DNA of 64,000 nucleotides, taken from an uncultured virus (IMG/VR IMGVR_UViG_3300002835_000029) (taxonomy: Duplodnaviria > Heunggongvirae > Uroviricota > Caudoviricetes). Positions within the stretch are counted from its first letter, which is position 1, and every line of letters starts with the position of its first letter. The stretch spans positions 1 to 64,000 of IMG/VR virus record IMGVR_UViG_3300002835_000029. One strand, 5' to 3'. Position numbers and translations under genes: made by a program. This document shows, in pieces, positions 49,157 to 59,678 of the stretch. The notes beneath the pieces were generated by a model. That model made no database searches and was not told the DNA's origin. It was given only the letters and a program-made list of their open reading frames with translations.

Positions 49157-50782
49157 ATGAACTGGTTCCCGTTGAAGAATTATACCCATTACAGTTTGCT
49201 CAAAGGTTATTCAAAGCCAGAAGAATTGGCTAAAAAATGTAAGTATAATGGATATCCAGCATGTGGTATTTGTGATTATAAAACATTATCTGGTGCAGTT
49301 GCTTTTTATAAAGCCTGCAAAAAACAGGGTATAAAGCCCATCATTGGATGCTCATTTGATTTTGCTACACTTTTTGCTAAGAATAAAGATGGGTGGTACG
49401 AGTTAATTGAGATGGTTTCATCACTAGATGAAAATGGTAAATTACCAGAGCAATATGACAACACAAATATCAGTAAAAATTTGATTAGTGTCTATAATGC
49501 TCCTACTGAATCAATGCCTATTAGTTATTATACAAATAGGGAAGATGCCAAACTTCACAGAATATTATTATGTTCTGATATGAAGACTACGCTACCAAAA
49601 ATAAAGAAATGCATTAGGCCAGACAACAGCGGTGGTATAAATGTAGACTCAAAATATCCCCAAGAGCATATGGATAAATTGGTATATTTTATGCAAGACT
49701 CTTTCTACGTTAAAGACAAAGACGAATCTAAGGGCTTAGACTCATCTAAACTAAAAGAGATTTATGACCAGTGTGAAGACTACGATATTCTCAGCAAGCC
49801 AATGTTGCCTAAATTTGAATGTCCAAAAGGGGCATCAGAAGAAGATTATCTCAAGGAACTATGTCGTATTGGCTGGAAGAAAATATTAATAGATCAAAAC
49901 AAGGTATCAAACGAAGAAGATAAGCAGAAGTATTTGAGTAGATTCAAGGAAGAGTTTGATGTTATTAAAGATGCTAATCTATTCGGATATTTTCTTATTG
50001 TTCGTGATATTATAAAGCACGTTAATGATATGGGTTGGCTATCTGGTCCCGGTAGAGGATCTGCCGCAGGATGTTTAATCTCATATTTAATTGGCATAAC
50101 GAAGATTGACCCAATAGAGTTTGACCTTCTATTTGCACGATTTTATAACGCTGGAAGAAACAGTGCTGATCATATATCTCTACCAGATATTGATATAGAC
50201 GTTCCCGGTACTAAGCGTGATGAAATTATTGCATATCTAAAAGATAAGTATGGGAATAGTCGAGTTAGCCAAATGTTAACGTTTGGAAGACTTCAAGGAA
50301 AGAGTGCTATTAAGGAAGTTTTACGTGTTAATGAGGCTTGCTCATTCTCTGAAATGAATGCTATAAGTAACTGTATACCAGACGAAGCAAGAATCTCAGA
50401 TCAATTAGCAGAAATGGATGATGAAGATCGATCTATTATTAAGTGGGCTTTGATTAATAACTCTGAGGATCTAAGAGATTTCTGTAGAATATCAGAAGAT
50501 GGAAAACTTGAGGGAGAGTATGCTGAATATTTTGAACAAGCTATTCAGATAGAGGGAACATTTAAAACTCAAGGCAAACACGCTGCCGGTGTGGTAATTT
50601 CAGCAGAGCCACTTCAAAAGGTATGCCCAATGGTAAAACAAAAAGGCTCGTCAGAAAAGGTGGCTGGACTTGAAATGGCAGACTTAGAGGCACTGGGCCA
50701 CGTAAAGTTTGACGTTCTAGGAATCAATTTGCTAGATAAAATTATGAAGATTGAAGAACTAACAGGAGTATCTAATGGCTAA
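49157..50782 (+). CDS. dnaE: DNA polymerase III alpha, N-terminal half (degenerate PHP plus palm/thumb)
   Basis: THYSLL, GPGRGSAAG, LPDIDID, GKHAAG, KFDVLG. Confidence 0.93.
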   Translation: MNWFPLKNYTHYSLLKGYSKPEELAKKCKYNGYPACGICDYKTLSGAVAFYKACKKQGIKPIIGCSFDFATLFAKNKDGWYELIEMVSSLDENGKLPEQYDNTNISKNLISVYNAPTESMPISYYTNREDAKLHRILLCSDMKTTLPKIKKCIRPDNSGGINVDSKYPQEHMDKLVYFMQDSFYVKDKDESKGLDSSKLKEIYDQCEDYDILSKPMLPKFECPKGASEEDYLKELCRIGWKKILIDQNKVSNEEDKQKYLSRFKEEFDVIKDANLFGYFLIVRDIIKHVNDMGWLSGPGRGSAAGCLISYLIGITKIDPIEFDLLFARFYNAGRNSADHISLPDIDIDVPGTKRDEIIAYLKDKYGNSRVSQMLTFGRLQGKSAIKEVLRVNEACSFSEMNAISNCIPDEARISDQLAEMDDEDRSIIKWALINNSEDLRDFCRISEDGKLEGEYAEYFEQAIQIEGTFKTQGKHAAGVVISAEPLQKVCPMVKQKGSSEKVAGLEMADLEALGHVKFDVLGINLLDKIMKIEELTGVSNG

Positions 50783-51455
50783 TAGAGACTATATTATATT
50801 TGATTTTGAAACAGGATCACGCAATCCACATCGTACTCAACCAACACAAATCGCCGCTATTGCCTTAGATGGAAGAACATTGCAGATGAAGGGGCAATTC
50901 AACAGTGAAATTAAGCCTATTTTTGATGATGAAAAAGCTATAGCGGCTGGATTTGACCCCATACAAGATGAAGCTCTAAAGATAACAAAGAAGACAAGGG
51001 AGCAATTAGAATTAGCACCATCCTTAAAGTCCGTATGGAATAAATTTACAAAATTTGTTGATCAATACAACTGGAAGGGTGAACCATTTTTTAATCCTAT
51101 CCCTGTTGGTTTTAATATAATTGGCTTCGATATGCACATAATAAACAGACTATGTAGAGATTTTGGACCTTGGGACAAAGAGAGAGAGCAGCAAAAACTA
51201 TTCAGTAGAGTCTATAAGATAGATATCATGGATAGTGTATTTGCTTGGACTGAAAGCGATCCCAGTGTTAGATCTATAAGCATGGATTCTTTGCGTGAGA
51301 GAATGGGCTTAAGTTTTGACAATGCTCACGATGCTCTACAGGACGTTAAAGATGAAGCAAATATATTTATTAAGCTTATGAAAACTCATCGTGCGGTATA
51401 CCAAAACATGAACTTTGATAAGGCTTTTGCTGACGGAAATTTGTATGTTAAATAA
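50775..51455 (+). CDS. DEDDh 3'-5' exonuclease (epsilon-like)
   Basis: FDFETG, GFN..FD, HDALQD. Confidence 0.9.
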   Translation: MANRDYIIFDFETGSRNPHRTQPTQIAAIALDGRTLQMKGQFNSEIKPIFDDEKAIAAGFDPIQDEALKITKKTREQLELAPSLKSVWNKFTKFVDQYNWKGEPFFNPIPVGFNIIGFDMHIINRLCRDFGPWDKEREQQKLFSRVYKIDIMDSVFAWTESDPSVRSISMDSLRERMGLSFDNAHDALQDVKDEANIFIKLMKTHRAVYQNMNFDKAFADGNLYVK

Positions 51456-53016
51456 TTTAGACTATAATGATAAAACAACTTGGCAACTGTTCGCAGAAGG
51501 CAAGACTAAGGGAATCTTTCAATTAGAAAGTAACCTTGGAAAATCATGGTCTAAAAAAGTTGCACCAAATAATATTGAAGAACTATCAGCACTAATTGCT
51601 ATCATTAGGCCGGGAACTTTGAAAGCAATTGTTGATGGGAAAAGCATGACCCAGCATTATGTAGACCGTAAGCACGGTAGAGAAGAAGTAACATATCTTC
51701 ATCCAGCACTTGAAGAGATTCTAAAGCCAACATATGGAGTTCTTGTATATCAAGAGCAGTCTATGCGTATAGCAGAGAAAATCGCTGGTTTCAATTTACA
51801 AGAGGCAGACGTTCTTCGTAAGGCCATTGGAAAGAAAAAGGCTGACCTCATGAATGAAGTCAAAAAATCATTCATAGCGGGGGCAGAGCGTGTTGGAATT
51901 GTAAGTAAGGAGAACGCAGAAGAAATTTTCGGATGGATTGAGAAATCATCAAGATACGCATTTAATAAATCCCACAGTGTTTCATATGCTGTATGTTCTT
52001 ATTGGAGTGCATACTTTAAGGCTCATAACACCAAGGAATTCTTTTTGTCTTACCTGTTCTACGCGAATGAAAAGCAAGACCCTCATCAAGAAGTTTATGA
52101 ATTGATATCTGAGGCAAAACTATTTGATATTGAGACAAGAACTCCAAGCTTAACCAACTTTGAAAGAAAGTTCAATATTAAGCGTGGTAAGATATACTTT
52201 GGTATTAAGGATGTAAAGTCACTAACGGGTGCGACCGGAGATAAGTTAATAGAAACTATAAATGAAGCTGAAAAGACTTTGAGTAAACCAGTAAAGGAAT
52301 TTACTTGGCTTGAAATCTTGCTTTTTATAGGATCAAATATTAGCTCTACTGCATTCAAGGCTTTAGCCTCAATAGGATTCTTTAGAAATTTCAAGAGCAG
52401 TGTTACTAGAAACAAAGCTCTCTATGATTATGAAATTTATAGAACTCTCACCAAAGCAGAACAGACTTGGATATTAAATCATTATAGTGATAAAAAGTGG
52501 AGTTCCTTTGTGGATTGCTTGAGAGATTTAGCACCGACTAAAAAAGATGGTGGTGGAACTAGCAAAGCTGACAGGAAGCAGGCTATAGAAAATGAAATAC
52601 AACTATTAGTAAGTCCACCGTATGATCTAGAAGACGATCCAACTTGGATTATAGATCAAGAGGTCAAATTTCTAGGATGTCCAGTTACAATGACGAAGGT
52701 TGAGACTTCTGACACTTCTGCTGCTAACACAACTTGCAAAGAAATAATCAATGGCAAGAAGGGTAAGGATATGTGCGTAGTTGCCAACATTCAAAGACTA
52801 TCAGATTATACCATCAATAAAGGCGAATCTAAGGGTCAGGTCATGTCATTTTTGACTATAGAGGATGATACGTGCATATTAGACAGTGTTATAGTATTTC
52901 CAAAGACCCGTGAAAAGTATAAATATATTCTATATGAAGGAAACAACTTAATTTTCTGTGGGTCAGTAAGTGATAAAGATACATCATTTATAGTAGATAA
53001 GATTCATGAAATTTAA
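51445..53016 (+). CDS. dnaE: DNA polymerase III alpha, C-terminal half (fingers, HhH, OB)
   Basis: GIFQLES, IRPG, YQEQ, LRKAIGKK, YAFNKSH, MSFLTIED. Confidence 0.93.
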   Translation: MLNNLDYNDKTTWQLFAEGKTKGIFQLESNLGKSWSKKVAPNNIEELSALIAIIRPGTLKAIVDGKSMTQHYVDRKHGREEVTYLHPALEEILKPTYGVLVYQEQSMRIAEKIAGFNLQEADVLRKAIGKKKADLMNEVKKSFIAGAERVGIVSKENAEEIFGWIEKSSRYAFNKSHSVSYAVCSYWSAYFKAHNTKEFFLSYLFYANEKQDPHQEVYELISEAKLFDIETRTPSLTNFERKFNIKRGKIYFGIKDVKSLTGATGDKLIETINEAEKTLSKPVKEFTWLEILLFIGSNISSTAFKALASIGFFRNFKSSVTRNKALYDYEIYRTLTKAEQTWILNHYSDKKWSSFVDCLRDLAPTKKDGGGTSKADRKQAIENEIQLLVSPPYDLEDDPTWIIDQEVKFLGCPVTMTKVETSDTSAANTTCKEIINGKKGKDMCVVANIQRLSDYTINKGESKGQVMSFLTIEDDTCILDSVIVFPKTREKYKYILYEGNNLIFCGSVSDKDTSFIVDKIHEI

Positions 53017-53067
53017 CGGTTGTTTTTTTGATCAGTCGTTGCTAATATATTAAGATAGGAGATTTGA

Positions 53068-53379
53068 ATGAATATATGTTCTTTTACGGGATATTTAGTA
53101 GAAAATCCCAACGTTTCTGTTGTGAATGATGTAGTTTTAGCAGAATTTACTATGGTAGTCTATACTTACCGCAAAACTAAAAGCGGGGAAAAAAATAGAA
53201 TTCCAACTTATATAAATTGTGAAGCTTGGCATACTGGTGCAGAAACCATAGAAAAATATGCAACAAAAGGAACCAAATTAGTGGTTAGTGCTTCTGCCAA
53301 ACATCCAGATAAGGATAGTTCTGAAATAATATTTAGGGTAAATGAATTTGATTTTTGCCATGGCGACATTGAGGACTGA
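53068..53379 (+). CDS. Second SSB-like OB-fold protein
   Basis: SFTGYL, INCEAW..GAE.I....KG. Confidence 0.75.
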   Translation: MNICSFTGYLVENPNVSVVNDVVLAEFTMVVYTYRKTKSGEKNRIPTYINCEAWHTGAETIEKYATKGTKLVVSASAKHPDKDSSEIIFRVNEFDFCHGDIED

Positions 53380-54045
53380 ATGATACCAAATAATATCATA
53401 CTAACATATAGAAATGATAATATTCCTAACTATGTATTCAATAACATCAAAAGATTGAATTCAGATAAAAATTTACTCTTTTTTACAGATAATGATATTG
53501 TTTCATTCTTATCAAAAGAATACGATTCATCGTATGTAGACTTTTTTAATAGCCTAAATCTTGGATGCACAAGAGGTGATTTTTTTAGATATTGTTATCT
53601 ACTAAAGTATGGTGGTTATTATTGCGATATAGACATTGAACATATTGCCCCAATATCAAGTTATATTTCTGATAACATAGAATTTTTCAGCATTAATTCT
53701 GGTGCTTGCCAGAATACTACATTTCAAGCTCTTTTATATTGTGAATCAGATCACCCAATCATTAAAAATTGCATATTAGACATAATGAATCCGACCTCAT
53801 CAAATGACGCCTTCTATTTTACTACTAGAGATATGTATAAAAATATTAAAAACTTCCTTTCAGTAGATGAGGTTATATCAAATGACTATATTGATAATGA
53901 TAAAATTATAGGTATAGGACAAGAAACTCCAATGAATAATAGGTGGTGCTGCGTATATAAAAACCGGCTCATAGCCTTCTCAAGATATGAAACTTACAGA
54001 AAAAATTCACCCGGAACAGATAAAGAAATAGGATTTTTTATATGA
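53380..54045 (+). CDS. GT32-like (DxD) glycosyltransferase
   Basis: MIPN.I, DFFRYCYL..YGGYYCDID. Confidence 0.85.
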   Translation: MIPNNIILTYRNDNIPNYVFNNIKRLNSDKNLLFFTDNDIVSFLSKEYDSSYVDFFNSLNLGCTRGDFFRYCYLLKYGGYYCDIDIEHIAPISSYISDNIEFFSINSGACQNTTFQALLYCESDHPIIKNCILDIMNPTSSNDAFYFTTRDMYKNIKNFLSVDEVISNDYIDNDKIIGIGQETPMNNRWCCVYKNRLIAFSRYETYRKNSPGTDKEIGFFI

Positions 54046-55712
54046 GAAAACCCAGAATATTATTTTGCAGTGAAGCAACATTTTTAAATACTGGTTATGC
54101 TACTTACACAAGAGAAATACTCAATTATTTATACAGCACTGGCAAGTATGATATTGCGGAAATGGCTTCATATGGCGAAAGAAGCGACCCAAGAGCATCA
54201 AATATACCTTGGAAATTTTATGGAGTTGTTCCAGACAATTCCTGCTCACAAGAAGAAAAAGATCAATACGCACAAAATCCAATGGCTCAGTTTGGAGAAA
54301 CAATGTTTGAGCATGTATGTTTAGACTTTTTACCAGACGTTGTATGCGATATACGAGATTTTTGGATGCTTGATTTTGCTGAACGGTCGCCCTTTAGAAG
54401 AAATTTTAAATGGTGCATTATGCCCACAGTAGATGCTAGACCGCAGGCTAGGCAGTGGGTATCAACATATGAATCCGCTGATGCCTGTTTAACATATTCT
54501 GAGTGGGCTGGCGAGGTATTGAAACAACAGTCTGGCGGTAAGATAAACTATATTGGCATTTCTCCTCCGTCTGCACACAGTGCTTATCAACCAATAGAAG
54601 ATAAGGCTGGACTTAGAGCATCAATGGGAATTAATCCAGATGCTAAAATTATTGGAACAGTGATGAGAAACCAGCGAAGAAAATTATATCCAGATTTATT
54701 TCAAGCATTTAGACTTTTATTAGACAGCGTAGAAGATAGCAGTAATTATTATTTATATTGTCATACAAGTTACCCCGACTTAGGTTGGGACATTCCAGAG
54801 TTATTACAGCAATACCAGCTATCATCTAAAGTATATTTTACATATATATGTGGACAAACTGGAAAACCTTTCCCATCTTTATTTAAGGGTGCTATTACAC
54901 AATCTCCATATACTGGTCAATTTGGTTCATCTTTGTCTAACGTAAAGCACGGCGTAGAATATGAAGAACTTTCTAAGATCATAAACTTGTTTGATCTATA
55001 TGTTCAGTATGCTAATTGTGAGGGTTTTGGATTACCACAAGTAGAAGCCGCCGCATGTGGAGTACCAGTAATGGCCACAGATTATTCTGCTATGGAAAGT
55101 GTAGTCAGAAATCTTGGTGGAACTCCACTTACTCCAAAAGCTTTATACAAAGAACTTGAAACTGGATGTTTTAGAGCGGTTCCAGACAATATATTAGCCG
55201 CTCAAAAGTTTAAAGAGTTTTTCGAACAGCCTGTCAGTATAAGAAGAAGACTAGGTTTTGATACCAGACAAGCGTTTCTAAAGCATTATCAGTGGGATAA
55301 GAGCGGAAGTGCTTGGGAAAGTTTCTTTGATAGTATAGAAATATCAGAAGATTTTGATAATTGGAAAAATCAACCAAGGATATCTACCCCAAAACCAAAG
55401 CCAGAAAAATTACCTAATAACATACCGCATAAAGATATTGCTAGATGGCTCATTGCGGAAGTGCTAGGAGAACCAGAAAGATTAAATTCATACTTTGAAT
55501 CAAGGATGATAAGAGATTTGACATATCAAAGTTCTACATCCACAACTGGTGGAATGTATTTTAATGAAAATTCATCTATGTTTGATGGAAAAAATAGCAG
55601 AAATGCATTTGATTTTAATACCGCTTATGATCAAATGGCTTATTTATGCCAAAGAAGAAATTTTTGGGAAAACAAAAGAATCGAAATGCTGAAAGCTAGA
55701 GGGATGACATGA
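54042..55712 (+). CDS. GT4 glycosyltransferase
   Basis: RNQRRK, EGFGLPQVEAAACG. Confidence 0.88.
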   Translation: MRKPRILFCSEATFLNTGYATYTREILNYLYSTGKYDIAEMASYGERSDPRASNIPWKFYGVVPDNSCSQEEKDQYAQNPMAQFGETMFEHVCLDFLPDVVCDIRDFWMLDFAERSPFRRNFKWCIMPTVDARPQARQWVSTYESADACLTYSEWAGEVLKQQSGGKINYIGISPPSAHSAYQPIEDKAGLRASMGINPDAKIIGTVMRNQRRKLYPDLFQAFRLLLDSVEDSSNYYLYCHTSYPDLGWDIPELLQQYQLSSKVYFTYICGQTGKPFPSLFKGAITQSPYTGQFGSSLSNVKHGVEYEELSKIINLFDLYVQYANCEGFGLPQVEAAACGVPVMATDYSAMESVVRNLGGTPLTPKALYKELETGCFRAVPDNILAAQKFKEFFEQPVSIRRRLGFDTRQAFLKHYQWDKSGSAWESFFDSIEISEDFDNWKNQPRISTPKPKPEKLPNNIPHKDIARWLIAEVLGEPERLNSYFESRMIRDLTYQSSTSTTGGMYFNENSSMFDGKNSRNAFDFNTAYDQMAYLCQRRNFWENKRIEMLKARGMT

Positions 55713-56824
55713 AATTATTATATATAGGACATTATAAAGAAAGTAGCGGCTGGTCAAAAGCAGCTATAGATTTAATACATGCTATAGATTCAGCTGGTAT
55801 AGATGTAGTTTGTAGGAATGTAAAACTAACACCAAAACCATTTAGTATACCAGATAAGATAACAGAGCTAGAAAAAAAGTCTTTAGACAATATTGATTTT
55901 TGCATCCAGCACCTATTACCACACCATATAGTTGGAACTTCTAAGTTCAAAAAGAATATTGCCTACTATGTTGGTGAGTCTAATACTTTAAAATACAATC
56001 CTTGGAAAACAAGCCTGAGTCTTGTTGATGAAATATGGGTTCCAAATAATACTCAATTGCATAATATGAAAAAAGATGGCTTTAGTAATGTAAAATACGT
56101 TCCACACGCATTTGATATTAGTAGATACAAAAAAGACATAAAGACGAGAGTTAATTTTGGAGCTAAAAATAGCAGCTTCAAATTTTATTATATTGCAGAT
56201 ATAAATGAAAGAAAAAATATAGAATCAGTTATCAAATCTTTTCATAGCGAATTTCATGCATATGAGCCGGTTTCGTTGGTTCTTAAGATTAAGAAATTTG
56301 GAGTAAATTCAACAGATTTAAAAAATCATGTAAAAAGTATGTGTGATTCAATTAAAAAGACTCTAAGAATCTATCCTAAGATTGAAGATTATCATGAAGA
56401 AATCATAATATCAGACGAAATGACTTCAGAAGAGATAGATATATTACATAAATCTTGTGATTGTATGGTCAACACAACTCACGGTGAAGGGTGGTCTATT
56501 CCTTCATTTGATGCTATGTGCTTTGGCAATACTCCAATATGTAGCAATGAGGGTGGACCAAAAGAATATATCTTAGATAGAAATCATGGAACACTAATAA
56601 ATGGGGTACAGTCTGTTTGTGAACATTCTGATTCTGCTTTTCCCAATATTTTTACCGGTAGGGAATTGTGGTTTACTCCAGATGAGCAAGAGATAAAATC
56701 TGCCATGAGATTCTATTATGACAATAGGGGTAATATAGATAAAACAAAAGGGCTAGAGTGTGCAGAAAAGTTTTCTTATGAAAATGTGGGAAATATTATA
56801 AAGGAAATACTAAATGCTGAATAA
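55709..56824 (+). CDS. GT4 glycosyltransferase
   Basis: ERKNI, GEGWSIPSFDAMCFG. Confidence 0.85.
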   Translation: MKLLYIGHYKESSGWSKAAIDLIHAIDSAGIDVVCRNVKLTPKPFSIPDKITELEKKSLDNIDFCIQHLLPHHIVGTSKFKKNIAYYVGESNTLKYNPWKTSLSLVDEIWVPNNTQLHNMKKDGFSNVKYVPHAFDISRYKKDIKTRVNFGAKNSSFKFYYIADINERKNIESVIKSFHSEFHAYEPVSLVLKIKKFGVNSTDLKNHVKSMCDSIKKTLRIYPKIEDYHEEIIISDEMTSEEIDILHKSCDCMVNTTHGEGWSIPSFDAMCFGNTPICSNEGGPKEYILDRNHGTLINGVQSVCEHSDSAFPNIFTGRELWFTPDEQEIKSAMRFYYDNRGNIDKTKGLECAEKFSYENVGNIIKEILNAE

Positions 56825-57806
56825 TACAACAAATAGAATTATTAGTCTAGCAAATAGTCCAAAAAAGGATAAGTATAATATTCTTACTTTTCCTACTCAC
56901 GAAAGGTATGAGACAGGGCTATGTAAAACAAATCATGAGTTTTATGCGTTGAATATTTCAAACATGAAAAAGTGGAATTCAAATCAAACAGATATTCCAG
57001 CAAATTATCATATTCTACCAGAAAATCAATTGTGTGATTATTTAAATTTTGATATGATTCTTGTTCAGAGCAAATTTGGACAGTTTCAAATGGCTCAAAA
57101 TATAAATAGGCAGCTTGGATTGCCAATCATATGTTTAGAACACACCTTACCAACCCCTAATTCAATGGCACAAAAGCAAATTGAAGAAATGCGGAGTATG
57201 AATGGCGACATAAATGTTTTTATATCGGATTTTTCTAGATCTGCTTGGGAGTTAGATGGAAAAGTTATTCATCATGGATTAGATACCAGCACCTTTAGTG
57301 TCAAAGACATTGAAAAAAATAATACAATTTTAACAGTTGCTAATGACTTTGTTAAAAGAGATTATTGTTTGAATTTCTCCGGGTGGAAAAGAATAACAAG
57401 TGGACTAAATACAAAACTAATAGGAGATACAGAAGGGCTTTCAGAAGCTGCTAAAAGTATAAATGATTTGGTCGATTCATATAATCAGTGCGCTGTATAT
57501 TTTAATAGTTCAACTCTTAGTCCAATACCCATGTCTTTGCTAGAGGCTATGTCCTGTGGGTGTGCTGTTGTTTCCACGGCAACGTGCATGATACCAAAGA
57601 TAATCAAGAATGGAGAAAATGGCTTTATCTCAAATAACGAGGGTGAGTTAAGGTCATATCTAGAATTACTATTAAATGATAAAAGCCTAAGAGAAAAAAT
57701 CGGTGCTAATGCTAGAAAAACTATAGAAGATAATTTTTCAGAAACACAGTTTGTAAATAATTGGAATAAGTTGTTCGATGAAGCCTATGAGGAATCAACA
57801 AAATGA
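56814..57806 (+). CDS. GT4 glycosyltransferase
   Basis: PMSLLEAMSCG, GENGF. Confidence 0.85.
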   Translation: MLNNTTNRIISLANSPKKDKYNILTFPTHERYETGLCKTNHEFYALNISNMKKWNSNQTDIPANYHILPENQLCDYLNFDMILVQSKFGQFQMAQNINRQLGLPIICLEHTLPTPNSMAQKQIEEMRSMNGDINVFISDFSRSAWELDGKVIHHGLDTSTFSVKDIEKNNTILTVANDFVKRDYCLNFSGWKRITSGLNTKLIGDTEGLSEAAKSINDLVDSYNQCAVYFNSSTLSPIPMSLLEAMSCGCAVVSTATCMIPKIIKNGENGFISNNEGELRSYLELLLNDKSLREKIGANARKTIEDNFSETQFVNNWNKLFDEAYEESTK

Positions 57807-58219
57807 AGATACAGATATTAAACGATATATCTGACTGCGTAGATGGTTATAATCCAGTTATGATAGAAAATGGTATGATCAATTTAGATGTACCAGATAA
57901 TTCTATCAGTTCTATCGTGATGATAAATACCATAGAGCAAGTACCACACAATAACATCAATAATTTTCTTGGAAAGATAAGACAATTACTTAGAATGAAT
58001 GGTAATCTCTTAATTACTGGGGTTGATGCAAATTGTCTATGCATGGATATGATAAATAAGGTTCTTGACTGCGATGTATTCAATGAGGTCGTATATAACA
58101 GAAAAGCTATTTATGACTGCAAAAATCTATCTGATAGATTAGATGCATTAGGCATCAAAACTGAAAAAATGTTTTTGAAAGGATCGACATATGAATTACA
58201 TGCCGTCAGGCACAATTAG
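57803..58219 (+). CDS. Truncated methyltransferase-like protein
   Basis: PDNSIS.I....IEQ..RQLLRMNG; no motif I glycine loop. Confidence 0.5.
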   Translation: MKIQILNDISDCVDGYNPVMIENGMINLDVPDNSISSIVMINTIEQVPHNNINNFLGKIRQLLRMNGNLLITGVDANCLCMDMINKVLDCDVFNEVVYNRKAIYDCKNLSDRLDALGIKTEKMFLKGSTYELHAVRHN

Positions 58220-58916
58220 CCAAACTAGCTGTAAAGAATGTATCTTTGCCATATACGAAGATAACACTCAGGTTGCATGTGAAGCTAATCGGATAGAAAA
58301 ATTCAAAAAGGATATTATAGAAGCCTATGATAACGAAAAAGAGTTTTTTGTAATAAATAGAATATGTAACCTATACAAAACTAAGGATTGGAATAATGGA
58401 CAAAAGGATTTAAGCAAAGCAAGGCTTGAATCTTCAATAACCTGTGATATTTTAATTAATTGCGATAATATAGATGATGAAATGATGGAATATATTCAAT
58501 CACTTTTATCAACAATCAATAAAAAATACATACTAAAGTTGTTTCATTCATATCAAATTTCTGATGACAAAAAAGAGAAAATCAAAAATCTAGTTTATAC
58601 TGATCATAACATATTTGTCTCTATGTACATTAATAAGGCCGAATACATATACTTGACATTACTCAAGTCTGCTAGTGCATTTCATACCATAGTAGATGAA
58701 ACTAATTACATAGGAATAGAAAAATTTATACTAGATATTGATACTATTATAAATGAGGATCTTGGGAGAGGTCTAATATTTAAGAGTGGATCGAAAACAG
58801 CTATATCAACATTAGCTTTTAAAATACTATATCCAGAATTGTATTTAGATTTCGAAAATAAATACCCAGAAGTAGAACAACAAATAAAAAATAACAACTT
58901 ATATATTGAGTTCTAA
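58191..58916 (+). CDS. Hypothetical protein in the glycosylation island
   Basis: N-terminal CKEC...C...C cluster. Confidence 0.6.
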   Translation: MNYMPSGTISQTSCKECIFAIYEDNTQVACEANRIEKFKKDIIEAYDNEKEFFVINRICNLYKTKDWNNGQKDLSKARLESSITCDILINCDNIDDEMMEYIQSLLSTINKKYILKLFHSYQISDDKKEKIKNLVYTDHNIFVSMYINKAEYIYLTLLKSASAFHTIVDETNYIGIEKFILDIDTIINEDLGRGLIFKSGSKTAISTLAFKILYPELYLDFENKYPEVEQQIKNNNLYIEF

Positions 58917-59678
58917 ATGGTAAGAATAATAAAGAAAAAACGAACAATAATCAAAAAACAGGCCGAAGAAAAAATACATGATTTTGTTACAATAATAATG
59001 CTATGTGATCTGCCGGGATATAGAATGAAATCTTATGGTCCAGTATCATTGATTCAAATAAATAAGAAAGTGTTAATAGATATACAAATAGAATGCATTA
59101 AAAAATGTTTCCCAAATAGCGAAATAATAGTTTGCATTGGGTTTGATGGTGAAAAGATATCAAAGTATATACGCTCAAAGTATAAAAATCTTAATATAAG
59201 AATAGTTGAAAATCAAGTATTTGGATCTTGCAATTCATGTGAGGGCTTCAGAATAGCAATTAATAATACTTTTAATGAGAAAATTCTTGTCGTGGATGGG
59301 AGTCTATTAATAAACAAAAAAGCTTTATCGCTAATAGATACTAATAAAATATGTGCCGTTGTTGAACGAAACCCATGCGAAAACCTAGAGATTGGCATAA
59401 ATGTAAACTCTCAAAATATAGCAGAGCATTTTTCTTTTGGTGCATATAAAACTTGGTCAGAGCTATTATATTTAAACGGTGCAGAGGTAATAGACACATT
59501 ACGAAAATTTTTGAATCATCAAGATAGTAAGAAAAAGTTTATCTTTGAAGCTATAAACGACATTATCAAAAATGATTACTCCATTTCTTGCATCGAAAAC
59601 AAATTTCCGATCTATAAAATAAATAACATCAAAACTTATCACACTATAAAGGATAATCATGAAATTTTTAATATCTGA
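58917..59678 (+). CDS. Sugar/choline nucleotidyltransferase-like protein (divergent)
   Basis: PGYRMKSYGP.SL, IIVCIGF, VVDG; canonical AAG motif altered. Confidence 0.65.
   Translation: MVRIIKKKRTIIKKQAEEKIHDFVTIIMLCDLPGYRMKSYGPVSLIQINKKVLIDIQIECIKKCFPNSEIIVCIGFDGEKISKYIRSKYKNLNIRIVENQVFGSCNSCEGFRIAINNTFNEKILVVDGSLLINKKALSLIDTNKICAVVERNPCENLEIGINVNSQNIAEHFSFGAYKTWSELLYLNGAEVIDTLRKFLNHQDSKKKFIFEAINDIIKNDYSISCIENKFPIYKINNIKTYHTIKDNHEIFNI

Noticed and set aside
50700..51500. Split intein or programmed frameshift joining the DnaE pieces
   Set aside because: No intein N-terminal Cys/Ser block or C-terminal HN; no clear slippery site; overlaps look like ordinary translational coupling
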